NCBI GenBank assembly: GCA_051013385.1
Contig: CP143273.1
Span: 1,088,001 to 1,152,000 of the forward strand
Length of the DNA: 64,000 nt
Origin: Phormidium sp.
GTDB lineage: Bacteria > Cyanobacteriota > Cyanobacteriia > Cyanobacteriales > Aerosakkonemataceae
Direction of reading: 5' to 3'
Part shown: in pieces, positions 23,301 through 35,400 of the stretch
Layout of the letters: every line of letters starts with the position of its first letter
Numbering within the stretch: position 1 is the stretch's first letter
Notes under the pieces: model-generated
What the model saw: the letters and a program-made list of their open reading frames with translations, nothing else
Told to the model about the DNA's origin: nothing
The model's database searches: none
Made by a program: the position numbers and the translations under genes

Positions 23301-24537
23301 CACGTTCTGGTTGTAAGGTTTCTACTAACATTTCAAAGGGTAAGTCTTGGTGGGCGTAAGCTGACAAGGTTGTTTGCCGTACTTGCGCCAAAAAGTCTTG
23401 AAAAGTAGGATTACCAGAAAGATTGCCTCTTAATGCTAAAGTGTTAGCAAAAAAACCGATTAGTCCTTCGATGTTTTTGTTATTGCGGTTGGCAATGGGA
23501 GTTCCCACCAACAGATCCAATTGACCACTATAACGAGAAATCAAAACAAAAAATGCTGCCAGGAGAGTCATAAATAAAGTTGTTTCTGACTCCTGACTTA
23601 GTTGTTTTAAGCGTTGGGATAACTCGCTATCAAGTTGAAAAGTTTGTACGCCACCTTGGAAGTTTTGAACTGGGGGACGAGTGCAATTACTAGGTAATTC
23701 TAATATCAAAGGCGCACCAGCTAACTGTTCCTTCCAATAATTAAGTTGTCGTTCCAAAACCTCCCCAGTTAACCACTGACGTTGCCAAACCGCAAAATCA
23801 GCGTATTGAATAGTTAATTTAGGTAGTGTCAAAGGTAATCCTTGAGTAAAAGCTTCATACAATTGAGATAATTCTCGGAAGAAGATACTCAAAGACCAAC
23901 CATCATAAATAATATGGTGCATCTTCAACAACAATACATACTCTTCTTGACTTAGTTGAAGTAGCGTAAATTGAATTAATCGCTCAACAGCTAAATCGAA
24001 AGGTTTAGATGCAATAGACTTGACAATTTGCTGAATCTGAGCAGTTTGTTCCTCAGTTGACAACCCTTGTAAATCATGAATTGGTAAACTTAAAACAGTA
24101 GGAGGAGCAATTAACTGAACAGGTTTTCCCTCTACTGTAGGAAAATTAGTTCTTAAGATTTCATGACGATTAATCAGTTCATTCAAACTCTGCTCTAATG
24201 CAGTTACATTCAGCGAACCTTCTAATCGCAAAGCTTCCAACATATTGTAAGATTGGCTATCTGGTGAAAGCTGATGTAAAAACCAAAGCCGCTGTTGGGC
24301 AAAAGAAAGAGGTAATTCTTGCTCTCGTGAAACGGGGATAATAGTTGATTCAGTTGAGAGAGAAGGAGTTTTTGCCGCTTTTAAAAATGCCAGAATTTCG
24401 GGTTTTCTTGTCCCTATTTCCTGCTTAATTTCTGCGGTCATTGCTCCTTTGGGAGCTTGATAACGTAGCTTCTCCTCTTCCAACCAAATTTGGATATCCA
24501 AACTATTTAAATAAGACAAGAATTCACCAACTTTCAT
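20314..24537 (-). CDS. apdD: Terminal NRPS: docking domain-C-A(Val)-T-TE
   Basis: TubC_N-like N-terminus, HHIIYDGWS, A code read as DAFWLGGTFK, GGHSLLA, TE GHSYG. Confidence 0.9.
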   Translation of the reverse strand: MKVGEFLSYLNSLDIQIWLEEEKLRYQAPKGAMTAEIKQEIGTRKPEILAFLKAAKTPSLSTESTIIPVSREQELPLSFAQQRLWFLHQLSPDSQSYNMLEALRLEGSLNVTALEQSLNELINRHEILRTNFPTVEGKPVQLIAPPTVLSLPIHDLQGLSTEEQTAQIQQIVKSIASKPFDLAVERLIQFTLLQLSQEEYVLLLKMHHIIYDGWSLSIFFRELSQLYEAFTQGLPLTLPKLTIQYADFAVWQRQWLTGEVLERQLNYWKEQLAGAPLILELPSNCTRPPVQNFQGGVQTFQLDSELSQRLKQLSQESETTLFMTLLAAFFVLISRYSGQLDLLVGTPIANRNNKNIEGLIGFFANTLALRGNLSGNPTFQDFLAQVRQTTLSAYAHQDLPFEMLVETLQPERDLSRNPLVQVMFSLQNTPQSESSLSGLKIQSFPFSSDVKVRFDLEVNFWETPNGLQGVWSYSIDLFDAPTISRMGQHFETLLKAIVANPKARISELSLLNQSELNQILVEWNNTQTDYPQDKCIHQLFEEQVKRTPNAIAVVFENEQLTYSELNCRANKLAHYLRSLGVKADMLVGLCVERSLEMVVGLLGILKAGGAYLPLDPEYPQKRLQFMLQDAQVSVLLTQERLINKLPEHQAKLICLDTNWQKIANQSENNPISNTQATNLAYVIYTSGSTGQPKGVKVIHRGINRLLFGVDYVHLDATQRFLQMAPIAFDASTFEIWGALLHGAICFLFPEKIPTAKHLKQEIDKHSITTIWLTAALFNSIIDDDLQALSGIKQLLIGGEALSVPHVREALENLPLTQIINGYGPTESTTFTCCYSLPKQLETTVKSISIGRPIANTQIYILDQYLQPVPIGVPGELYIGGAGLASGYLNRPELTNEKFISSPFDNSKLYKTGDLARYLTDGNIEFLGRIDNQVKIRGFRIELGEIEAALSEHSNVHLSCVIVREDTPGEKRLVAYIVPQKDVILTSSELRQFLANKLPGYMVPSAFVILESLPLNANGKVDRHALKPPSNTSDSDRFIEARNQLELQLVQIWSKILKIDKIGVQDNFFDLGGHSLLASYLMTQIKQQFGKDIPLTTLFQNPTIEQLATIIQQDSVHSTPSCLVAIQPNGSNLPFFCVPGAGGRPFYFYHLSRYLGDDQPLYSFENNLYQELGSIPNIENIASIYIAAMQAVQPQGPYFLGGHSYGGNVAFEMGKQLVKQGHKVALLAIIDSSAPTYKDKQMLLDYLGWDHARWLAEVSKGIEIYLDKNVDISYETLKCLTVEEQLKYVLNYFKLANMLPPNAEITQLINIVQAYKNSCLCLVDYVPQESYPGKLTVLRANEDLIDDPNYELASEICQDSSLGWSEFSTEPVDIHFVLGNHVSIMSEPHVQVLAEQLKLCIKQAQKHI

Positions 24538-26411
24538 TTATCGATTGCCTCCCAAACTTGTTGTTTAATTATATTTAAATTGCGGGGGTTGCTTTGAGGA
24601 GCAAAAAGCCCATCTGCATTCCATTTGTTAGGATCTAGACTAATAGCCCAAGCATTTAACCATGAGTTATCTATCACTTTAGGTAACATCTCTGGCATGG
24701 TATCTTCTACAGCTAATTGGAAAATCACTTGGGCCATTTCCTCAATTAATTCAAGGCTAGTTAAGTAATCCTGAATGATTTCTGATTTGGTTTTATTTAA
24801 TTTTAAATTTCGAGTTCGTAACTCGTCGATAAAGGGAATAGCTAAATAATCAATGAATTCAAAGTCAACTCGATGTAATGATTTATTAGCCCAATCTTTA
24901 AACAACTGTTGCATCCGATAGGAAAGAGGGAAAAATTTTCCATTAATCTGCTGAACTTTCATTCTAAATTCCCGATCGAGGAATATAGAATTAAACATCA
25001 TTAAACCACTGAAAGTCCATCCTGATACAATATCCCAAAGGTATTTCATTGCCATTACTGTTCCATTACCCAGGCAATTGTAGGCATTTTGAATGTTAAA
25101 AGTTACGCCATCGCTATAGGTCAGATAAAATTGATTCGCATCGTCAACTTTTTCCTGGGTGAGTTTACCTTCAAGGTCAAGTTCAATTAATTGGGAGGTT
25201 AAGGAATTACCAAAACCAATATTATCTGTACCTGGGGAATAAAAAGGATCGGGAAATGTCCCTGCTTCACCAACACAAGCCCAACGATTCGAGGAAAATA
25301 CTTGTTTTGATGAATAACTATATTTTGGCATTTTCTTAAAGTCTTGTGGTTGTTTATCTTTTAAGTGAAAAGCCAAAACAGGTTCGTTTTTCTCTAGCCA
25401 TTGATAGGCAAGTTGGTAATTATGATAATTTTTTAAAGGATGAATGTCTTGGCGAGCGACTATTCCAATACTGGTATAACCAGTAGATAGGGGAATTGTC
25501 CAAACCCAATATCCTTCACCGCACAAATGATTGGTGGAATAATAGCGATTTTTGTTCGGAACGCGATTATGCCATTTCTCTTCACTACTAGGGACAAAAT
25601 CGCTTAAATCAAAGCGACCATCAACGCGAAACCAAACAGCATTAAATCGATCACTATTAGGTTTATCTAAACGTAGTTTTCGTTGAAGAAAGCGACGACG
25701 ACCCATTGCATCAACAACCCATCGAGCTTTAATCGTATTAGTTTGTTTGCGATCGCCTCCTCCTTGAGAATAAACTACTTTATGATATTGCTGTGAACCT
25801 GTTGCCAGTTCAATCTCATTGACAGAACAATCTTCCCATAGTTCTACTCCTGCATCAACATTAAACTGACGTAAATCATTTTCCAATTTCCCCCTATCTA
25901 TTTGATAAGAATTAGGAAGATGAAATTCTGAAAGTCCTAGTTCCGGTCTTTTGTGGAAATTAGTTTCCCAATTGTTGAAAAAATACCTTAACCCTAGCTT
26001 AGTTAAATGTTGCTTTTCCAAGTAATCACTTAATTGCAGAGTATTAGCTAAATAAAAAGCTCCTACTTCAACTGTTGATTCTCCCACTTTGAAACTAGCT
26101 TCCGGTAAAGGACGAGCCATTTTATCAAGTACAAGAACCGAAATACTAGGCTTTTGCAGTTTTAACTGTCGTGCTAAAGTTAAACCTGCTAATCCCCCAC
26201 CACAAATGACAACATCATAACTTTCTTCTTGACTTAAATCTTCAGCTTGTTGCTGTAGTAAGGCAAGTAATTCTTCTTTATTATCTTTTAGAATTGCCAG
26301 TAATTCAGGTGTCATGATTCCCTGTGGCGATCGATAGCGTAGTTTATCATTTTCTCCCCATATTTTGACACCTAAATCATTGAAATGAGCCAAAATTTCC
26401 GCAGGTTTCAT
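24534..26411 (-). CDS. apdC: Flavin-dependent halogenase with N-terminal docking domain
   Basis: GGGLAG FAD motif, KVGES, WVWTIPL (WxWxIP); lies between the two last NRPS genes like apdC. Confidence 0.9.
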   Translation of the reverse strand: MKPAEILAHFNDLGVKIWGENDKLRYRSPQGIMTPELLAILKDNKEELLALLQQQAEDLSQEESYDVVICGGGLAGLTLARQLKLQKPSISVLVLDKMARPLPEASFKVGESTVEVGAFYLANTLQLSDYLEKQHLTKLGLRYFFNNWETNFHKRPELGLSEFHLPNSYQIDRGKLENDLRQFNVDAGVELWEDCSVNEIELATGSQQYHKVVYSQGGGDRKQTNTIKARWVVDAMGRRRFLQRKLRLDKPNSDRFNAVWFRVDGRFDLSDFVPSSEEKWHNRVPNKNRYYSTNHLCGEGYWVWTIPLSTGYTSIGIVARQDIHPLKNYHNYQLAYQWLEKNEPVLAFHLKDKQPQDFKKMPKYSYSSKQVFSSNRWACVGEAGTFPDPFYSPGTDNIGFGNSLTSQLIELDLEGKLTQEKVDDANQFYLTYSDGVTFNIQNAYNCLGNGTVMAMKYLWDIVSGWTFSGLMMFNSIFLDREFRMKVQQINGKFFPLSYRMQQLFKDWANKSLHRVDFEFIDYLAIPFIDELRTRNLKLNKTKSEIIQDYLTSLELIEEMAQVIFQLAVEDTMPEMLPKVIDNSWLNAWAISLDPNKWNADGLFAPQSNPRNLNIIKQQVWEAIDK

Positions 26412-29400
26412 AATTCTCCCTCCTCATAATCTTCTTGATTTTCTGTATTTGATGGTTGACCATTTTGGATTTGACTAAGTACCTCAATAATTTGGCTTAA
26501 GCTAGCTATTGTGGGATACTCAAGGAAATTTTGTAAGGATAATTCCACAGAGAAAATATCGCGCAATCGATATATTACCTGAGTTGCTAATAGGGAATGT
26601 CCGCCAATTTCAAAGAAATTATCCTTAACGCTAATGCTGGTAATTCCTAAAACTTCGCTCCAAACTTGTGCTAGTTGTGCTTCGATCGCATTACGTGCAG
26701 AAACAAAACTAGAGGTAAGATTTCTGTTAGCTGTATCCGGTGCGGGTAGGGCACGCCGATCGATCTTACCATTGGGAGTCAAAGGCAAAGCATTAAGCAA
26801 AACAAAAGCTTGCGGCACCATATAATTAGGTAACTTTTGTTGGACAAATTCCCGCACTTGTGGCACTAACTTTTGAACTAACTTACCTTGTAAAGGATTA
26901 TTCGTATAATCACCCCAAGATTTAATTACGTTCGTAGTAGCGACTTCAGTCATTTTCAGTCGTTCCGAAGATGTTGAACTATGACGACAGAACACCACAT
27001 CAAAACAACCATCTTGACTACTTTCCCACCAACTGAGATGAACACTATAACCTAATTGTTCTCCCAATTCCCAAAACTCTTCAGGATTGATTCCACTTGT
27101 TGAATGTTGAGCTAAAATTTGCCGTAATTCGCTAACTGTCTCCACATTCGGAGCTTTTTCCACCCATTGCCAAATTTGTAAAGCTTGCTGTACTCTTTGA
27201 TTCGGAACTCGTCGAATACCTAAAAACTCTGGCTGTTCCTGACGTAATTGATGTTCAATTTGAGTCAAAGAAAGTCGATCTAATTGCCAATTTAACCAAG
27301 GAATTACTGTTTCTTGAACCTCAGCACCCAAATGCAGAATCACATCATAACGGAATTGGACTAACTCATTTTGAGCATAACCACGTTTGGGTTGAATTTC
27401 TACCCAAGTAATTTGGGGAAAACGTTGTTTTAAAGCCATGAAGAATTTCGGATCGATTACTAATTCTTCTTCAGCAGTTATACTTTGATTTACCTGTTGT
27501 TGCCATTGTTCAATACTTCTGTCATCGGGAGCTTGAGATAATTGGACGGCTGCGTGATAAGGTTCCAATAAAGGCAAACTGCGAACATCTCCGATAAAGA
27601 TTGTACCTCGATCGCCAATTGTGTCAATCGCACCTTCTAGAACCTGCAACAAATAATCCACACTAGGGAAATACTGCACAACAGAATTCAAAACCACAGT
27701 ATCAAATTTCCCTTGAGGAATATCAGCAAAATTATCTGCCGTTTGTTGGCGCAACTGCACGTTTTCTAAACCTACAGTTTGACATACTCGCTCAACATAC
27801 TCTACAGCAGATAGAGAGTAATCAGTTCCCCAATATTCTTGGACATTTTTAGCAACCCGATATAACAATAACCCACTACCACAACCAATTTCTAAAACCC
27901 TTTGTGGCGACACAGACAAAATTCGGTTGACGGTACTTTCTACCCAAACTCGCATTTCTTGGGATGGAATTGGTTGTTTAGTGTAGCTACTATTCCAACC
28001 AGAAATATTAAAAGTTGGGTCATCAATAGCCATTTTCGCTTGTTGGCTATAGGATTGTTCGTAGAGAGTTTGCCAATCGCTGACATATTCACTTTGCCAT
28101 TGAGTAATTTGTTCGGGTACGGTTTGGCGATCGAGATCTGGGACTAAGTAAGCTACCAAACGTTTATCCCCTGCAATATCTTCTCTAGCTATTACTGCAC
28201 TTCCTTGTACTAAAGGATGCTGACTTAAAACAGCTTCAATTTCCCCTAATTCTATGCGGAAGCCACGAATTTTAACTTGATTGTCAATGCGTCCTAAATA
28301 TTCAATTTTTCCATCGGGTAAATAACGCGCTTTATCTCCAGTTTTGTAAAGTTTTGAGTTTGGCGTTGCAGAGGCAGATTTTGTGGTTATTTTTTCGGCT
28401 TGTAAGGGCGGGTTTTGTTTTAATTCTATTGCTGTGATTACAGAATTGTCTGCTAAACCCGCCCCTACAGGGTTTTCAAAGGGGTTGGGAATAAATTTCT
28501 CAGTTGTTAACTGCATTCGGTTGAGATAGCCTCTTGCTAATCCCACACCGCTGATGTGTAATTCTCCGGGTACGCCGATCGGTACTGGTTGCAAATGCGA
28601 GTCTAAAATGTAAACTTGAGTGTTAGCAATGGGACGACCAATGGAAACTTTCTCATCTTCAGGAACACATTTAGCAATAGTAGTACAAACACTAGCTTCT
28701 GTCGGCCCATAACCATTGTAAAAGTTTCTGCCTTTAGACCATTGTTTAATCAGTTCAAGAGAACAAGCTTCTCCAGCAACAATGATTGTTGAAAGTGTGG
28801 GAAGTTCTTCAGTTGGCAGAACTGTTAATGCTGATGGTGGTAAAGTAATGTGAGTAATTCTATCATTACGTAATCGCTCAATTAATGGCATACCAGGCAT
28901 GATCGAATCTTTGCTACCCAGGTAAAGTGTTGCACCCGATCCCAAACTCATCAAAATTTCTGATATACAAGCATCAAAACTGAAAGAAGCAAATTGGAGA
29001 ACTCGACTTTCAGAATTAACACCAAACGCCTGAATTTGAGCGATCGCTAAGTTATATAATCCTTTATGTTCTACCATTACCCCTTTAGGTTTACCTGTAG
29101 AACCAGAAGTATAAATCACGTTAGCTAAGTTAGAAGCTTGAACGATTCCCGTTAAATTCTCTTGAGTTTGTTGAGGAATTTCCCAATTGTCTAAAAAGAC
29201 AATTTTTGCCTGATGTTGAGGTAATTTATCAATGACTCGCTGTTGAGTTAATAGTAGGGAAACTTGGGTATCTTCTAATATGAAACTGAGACGTTCTTGA
29301 GGATATTCTGGATCGAGAGGTACGTAAGCACCACCTGCTTTTAGGATTGCTAAAAGTCCGATCGGCATTAATGGCGATCGCTCTACACACAATCCTACCA

Positions 29401-32400
29401 ACACATCCGCACCAACACCCAAATCTCGCAAATAATGCGCGAACTGATTAGCACGATTATTCAATTCTGCATAAGTTAGTTGTTCATTTTCAAACACGAC
29501 CGCTATTGCATTTGGTGTCCGTTTTACCTGTTCTTCAAACAACTGATGAATACATTTATCTTGCGGATATTCCACCTGAGTATCATTCCACTCTTCTAAT
29601 AATTGATAGCGTTCTTGTGGAGTGAGAATCGGGAGTAAAGCGACAGGTTGTTGGGGATTTTCGACAATAGCTGTTAACAACGTTTGGAAATGTTGCATCA
29701 TGCGAGCGATCGTTGTTCCATCAAACAAATCCTTATTGTAAGAACAAAAACCGCTAAGTCCTTCTGGTGCATCCCACAAGTAAACCTCTAAATCCATCCG
29801 TACCGAGTCAAGTCCCGAAGGCATTCCTTCAACCTTTAAACCTGGCAGATCCCAATCGGAAGAGGGTGCATTTTGCAGAGCAAATACTACTTGAGTTAAA
29901 GGATTGCGATCGAGATGTCGTTCAACTTGCAACTCTTCAACTAACATTTCAAAAGGCAAATCTTGATTTTCATAAGCGTCTTGAGTAGTTTGTTTTACCT
30001 GCGCCAAAAAAGTTTCAAAACTTGGTTTTTCAGACAAATCAAATCTCAGCGCCAAAGTATTGACAAAAAAGCCGATTAACCCTTCAATTTCTGTGCGGTT
30101 GCGATTAGCTATTGGCGACCCAATTACAATATCTGTTTGTCCACTATAGCGAGATGCTAACACCACAAAACCCGCCAACAGTGTCATAAACAAAGTAGTT
30201 CCCGATTTTTGACTCAGCTTTTTCAATTCCTGAGTTAGTTTAATATCTAGTTGCAGTTTCTCTGTCCCACCGCGAAAACTTTGAATTGCGGGACGGGGGC
30301 GATCTGTGGGTAATTCTAACAGCGGTGGTGCGCCAGTTAACTGTTGTTTCCAGTAGTTTAATTGTGCTTCTAATAGTCGATCGGTCAACCATTTCCGCTG
30401 CCATACTGCAAAGTCAGCATACTGAATCGGTAACGGCGATAATTCAACCGGATTACCCGTAACAATAGCTCGATAATAAGCTGATATTTCACCAATTAAA
30501 ACCCCCATCGACCAACCATCAGCAGCAATGTGGTGAATCGCAAATACTAATACATAATCATCTTGGGCAACTTGCCAAAGTTTAACTCGCAACACAGGGC
30601 CATTTGCCAAATCAAATGGTTTACAAGCTTCTTCTGTCGCCTGTGTTTCTACTTGTTTCCAGGGTTCTGGTACATTTTGTAAATCGACTACTGGTAAGGT
30701 TAGGGTTGTGGTGGGTGCGATCGCCTGTATCGGTTTGCTATCTTTAATTACAAACCGAGTCCGTAAAGGTTCATGGCGTTGCACTATTTCCCTAAACGCT
30801 TGTTCTAAAGCTTTAACATTAAGATTGCCAACTAAACGGATGGTGAAATCGATTGTATAAGCAGCACTTTCTCCTTCTAATTGATTGACAAACCACAGGC
30901 GTTCTTGTGCCCAAGATAGGGGGATGTCTCCATCTCTGGAAATTGGGAAGATTGGCGGAATAGCTAAATTTGAATCAGTTTGAAGTTGTTTTGAGATGGC
31001 TTGACTTAGTTGAGCAATTGTTGGTAATTCAAATAGATAACGCAACGGTACAGAAATGTTAAATGCTTCTTGCACGCGAGAAATTATCTGAGTCGCTAGT
31101 AAGGAATGTCCTCCAATTTCAAAGAAATTATCGTAAATTCCTACTTGCTCTACTTTTAAGATTTGTACCCAAATTTGTACCAGTTTTTCCTCAATTTGGG
31201 TGCGAGGAGCAACATATTTATCTCTTTGTTCACTGTGGAAATCTGGTGCAGGTAAAGCACGACGGTCTATTTTCCCGTTAGGAGTTAGGGGTAAAGATTC
31301 CAGAATGACGAAAGCTTGGGGTATCATATAAAGCGGCAGATTAGCAGACAAGAACTGACGCAGTTCGTTAATTGTTATGATCTGTTCGGATTCCGGTATT
31401 ACATAGGCAACTAAGCGTTTATCCCCAGCTTTATCTTCGCGGATAATTACACAAGATGCTTGTACATTAATGTGTTGATTAAGTAATGCTTCAATTTCTC
31501 CTAATTCAATGCGGAAACCACGAACTTTTACCTGATTGTCGATACGTCCTAAATATTCAATATTCCCATCTGGTAAATAACGAGCTAAGTCCCCTGTTTT
31601 ATATAATTTTGAATTACCAAAAGGATTCGGAATAAATTTTTCATTGGTCAATTCAGGACGGTTTAAGTAACCTTTTGCTAATCCTACACCAGCAATGTGT
31701 AATTCTCCTGGTACACCTATAGGAACTGGTTGTAAGTTTGAGTCTAAAATGTAGATTTGTGTATTAGCAATGGGACGACCAATGGAGATTTTTCGATCGC
31801 TATCTCTACATTTTGCGATCGTGGCACAAACACTAGCTTCTGTCGGCCCATAAGCATTGTAAAAGTTTCTCCCAACTGACCAAAGTTTTATCACTTCAGG
31901 AGAACAAGCTTCTCCGGCGACAATAATTGTTTGTAATGTTGGGAGTTCCTCAGCAGGCAAAACTGCCAGTGCTGATGGTGGTAAAGTGATATGAGTAATG
32001 CCATAATCTCTTAATAGTTGAATTAATGGTTCACCAGGCATTAAAGAGTCTTTTGTTCCTAAGTAAAGTGTTGCTCCCGATCCCATAGCCATCAGGATTT
32101 CCCAAATAGAAGCATCGAAGCTGAGGGAAGCAAACTGGAGAACGCGGCTCTCTGAATCTAAGCCAAAAGTTTGAATCTGAGCTTGTGCTAAGTTATACAA
32201 TCCCCGATGCTCAACCATCACACCTTTAGGTTTACCTGTAGAACCAGAGGTGTAAATTAAGTTAGCTAAATTAAAGGCTGTAACTCCGCTGTTGGGATTA
32301 TCTTGATTATTTTGCAGAACTTCTGACCAGATCTCATCCAAACAGACAAGGTTTGTTTGATACTCAGGTAATTTTTTAAGGATTCGCTTTTGAGTCAGTA

Positions 32401-35400
32401 CAACTTGAACTTGAGCATCTTCAAGCATGAATTGTAAACGATCTTGGGGATATTCTGGATCGAGGGGAAGGTATGCTCCACCTGCTTTGAGAATACCCAA
32501 TAATCCCACTACCATTTCTATTGAACGTTCTACACAAATGCCAACCAACACATCAGCCCCAACACCCAAAGATTGCAAGTAATGAGCTAACTGATTAGCA
32601 CGAAAATTCAATTCATAATAGGTAAGTTGTTGATTTTCAAAGACTAATGCAACGGCATTGGGGGTACGTTCTGCGTATTCTTCACATAACTGATGAATAC
32701 ATTTATCTTGCGGATAATCTACCTTTGTATCATTCCACTCAATTAATAACTGTTGTCTTTCAACTTCTGTTAACAAGGGTAATTGAGAAATTCGCTCTTG
32801 AGGATTGGCGACAATTCCTTCTAGTAATGTGACAAAATGATTGGCTAGGCGTGCGATCGTACTCCCATCAAACAAATCAGTATTATATTCCCACACTCCC
32901 ACTAATCCATTAGCAGTATTGCCGATCGCTAAAGTTAAATCAAACTTGGCAATAGGACTTTCTATTGGTAAATCACTGATAGTTAACTCACTTAGTTCTA
33001 CTTGAGAGAAAGGCGCATTTTGAAGTACAAACGCTACTTGAAATAAAGGTGTATGGCTAAGATCTCTTTCCGGTTGTAAAGCTTCTACCAACATTTCAAA
33101 TGGTAAATCTTGATGAGAGTATGCTCCTAAAGCTGTTTCCCGAACGCGAGTCAGTAATTCCGCAAAACTGGGATTTTCTGATAAATCAGTTCGCATCACT
33201 AAGGCATTGACAAAAAAGCCAATTAACCCTTCAATTTCGCTGTGATTTCGGTTAGCGATCGGTGTTCCCACCAAAATATCTGATTGTTCAGTGTAGCGAT
33301 AAAGTAAAGTATCAAAAGCTGCCAACAATGTCATAAACAAAGTTACCCCTTGTTCCTGACTTAACCCTGTCAAACTTTGCGTTAGTTCCCCAGAAAGCGA
33401 AAATTTTTGATGCGATCCGTTGAAAGTTTGTACTGCGGGTCGAGGTCTGTCTGTTGGTAGCGATAATAAAGCAGGTGCATCTGCTAATTGTTGTTGCCAA
33501 TAATTCAGTTGACTTTGTAATACTTCCTCTTGTAACCACTGTTTTTGCCATACTGCAAAGTCAGCATATTGAATTGGTAAAGGATTCAAAGGTGAATGTT
33601 GACCTTGAGCATAAGCATTGTAAAGTGCTGCTAGTTCTTCCAAAAATACACCCATTGACCAGTCATCACTGACAATATGGTGCATACAAATTAACAAAAA
33701 GTATTCAGTTTCCGATAAGATGATTAATTTAGCTCTGATTAATGATTCAGTTGCCAAATTAAAAGGTTGAATCGCTTGTTCTTTCGCTAGTTCTTGGCAA
33801 TTAATTTCTTGTTCGCTTGGGGATAAGTGCTTTAAGTCAACAATTGATAATGTCCAATTTTTTTCGGTGTTAATGACTTGTTTTGGTTGTCCATTAACAG
33901 TAATAAAGTTGGTGCGTAACGCTTCGTGGCGATCGATTATTTCTTGTAAGCTTTGTTCTAAAGCAGCAACTTTCAGATTTCCGACTAAACGCAAAGGTAA
34001 GGGTATGTTATAGGTGGCGCTGTTCGGTTGTAATTGATCTAAAAACCACAGTCGATTTTGAGCATAAGAAAGAGACAATTCAGCATCTTTCGCCCTTGGT
34101 AAAATTGGTGGTATTTTTAGTTCTAAATCTTCTTGCTGTAACTGCCCTATTAGATGTGCTAATTCCGAAACGGTTGCTGCGGCGAATAAACTTCTTAAGG
34201 GAAGTTCTACTTTAAATGTATTGCGAATTCGGGAAACTAATTGAGTTGCTAGTAGCGAGTGTCCGCCTAATTCAAAGAAATTATCATAAATACCAACTTG
34301 CTCAATTTTGAGAACTTGCGCCCAAATTTGCGTTAACATTTCTTCTACAGGCGTGCGTGGCGCTACATATTTATCTCTTTGATCGTGCTGAATATCGGGA
34401 GTAGGTAAGGCGCGGCGATCGACTTTTCGGTTAGTTGTTAAAGGTAGAGATTCCAAGAATACGAAAGCACTTGGCACCATGTAAAGTGGCAGATGATTGG
34501 AGAGAAACTGCCTTAGTTCGCTAATCTTGGGATTATGTAATCGATCGTGCGGTACTACATAAGCAACTAAACGTTTATCTCCGGGAATATCTTCTCTGAC
34601 AATGACACAAGAAACTTCTACCAAAGGACTACGATTAAGGACAGCTTCAATTTCACCTAACTCGATTCTAAATCCTCTGATTTTCACCTGATTATCAATA
34701 CGTCCCAAGCATTCAATAGTACCATCAGGCAGATATTGGGCTAAATCTCCTGTTTTGTAAATGCGATATTTTGTTCCATCTTTAAAGGGATTAGAAAGGA
34801 ATTTTTCTGCTGTTAATTCTGGACGATTGAGATAACCTCTTGCTAAACGAACGCCACCAATATGTAATTCTCCGACGACTCCAATGGGAACTGGTTGTAA
34901 ATGACGATCGAGAATATATATTTGAGTATTAGCGATCGGACGACCAATTAACACACAATTATTGATATGTTCTGAAGGTAACAGCAAATCATGAACTACA
35001 GCTGTTACAGAAGCTTCGGTAGGCCCGTAAACATTCAAACAATTAACTCGATCGCCTACTAACTGTTTCCACAAAATTACTGTTTCTGGAAGTACTGCAT
35101 CCCCACCTACAGCTACTAAACGCAAACTTTGGGGTACAGTGGCATCAGATTTAGAAACTGCTACCGCCCATTCATGCCAATAGGCTGGAGTTATATTTAA
35201 AACACTGAGTTTTTCTTGGTCAATAAAGTTGGCAAAACTTGTCAAATCAGGGAACATTTGCACGGGTCTTAATACAACTGTTGCACCTTTTAACCAAGTG
35301 GGGAAGATTTCTTCAGCTGCCACATCAAAGCCTAAAGATGCAAATTGCAAAACGCGATCGCCACTAGTCAACCCAAATACTTCACTAATTGCACTACTAT

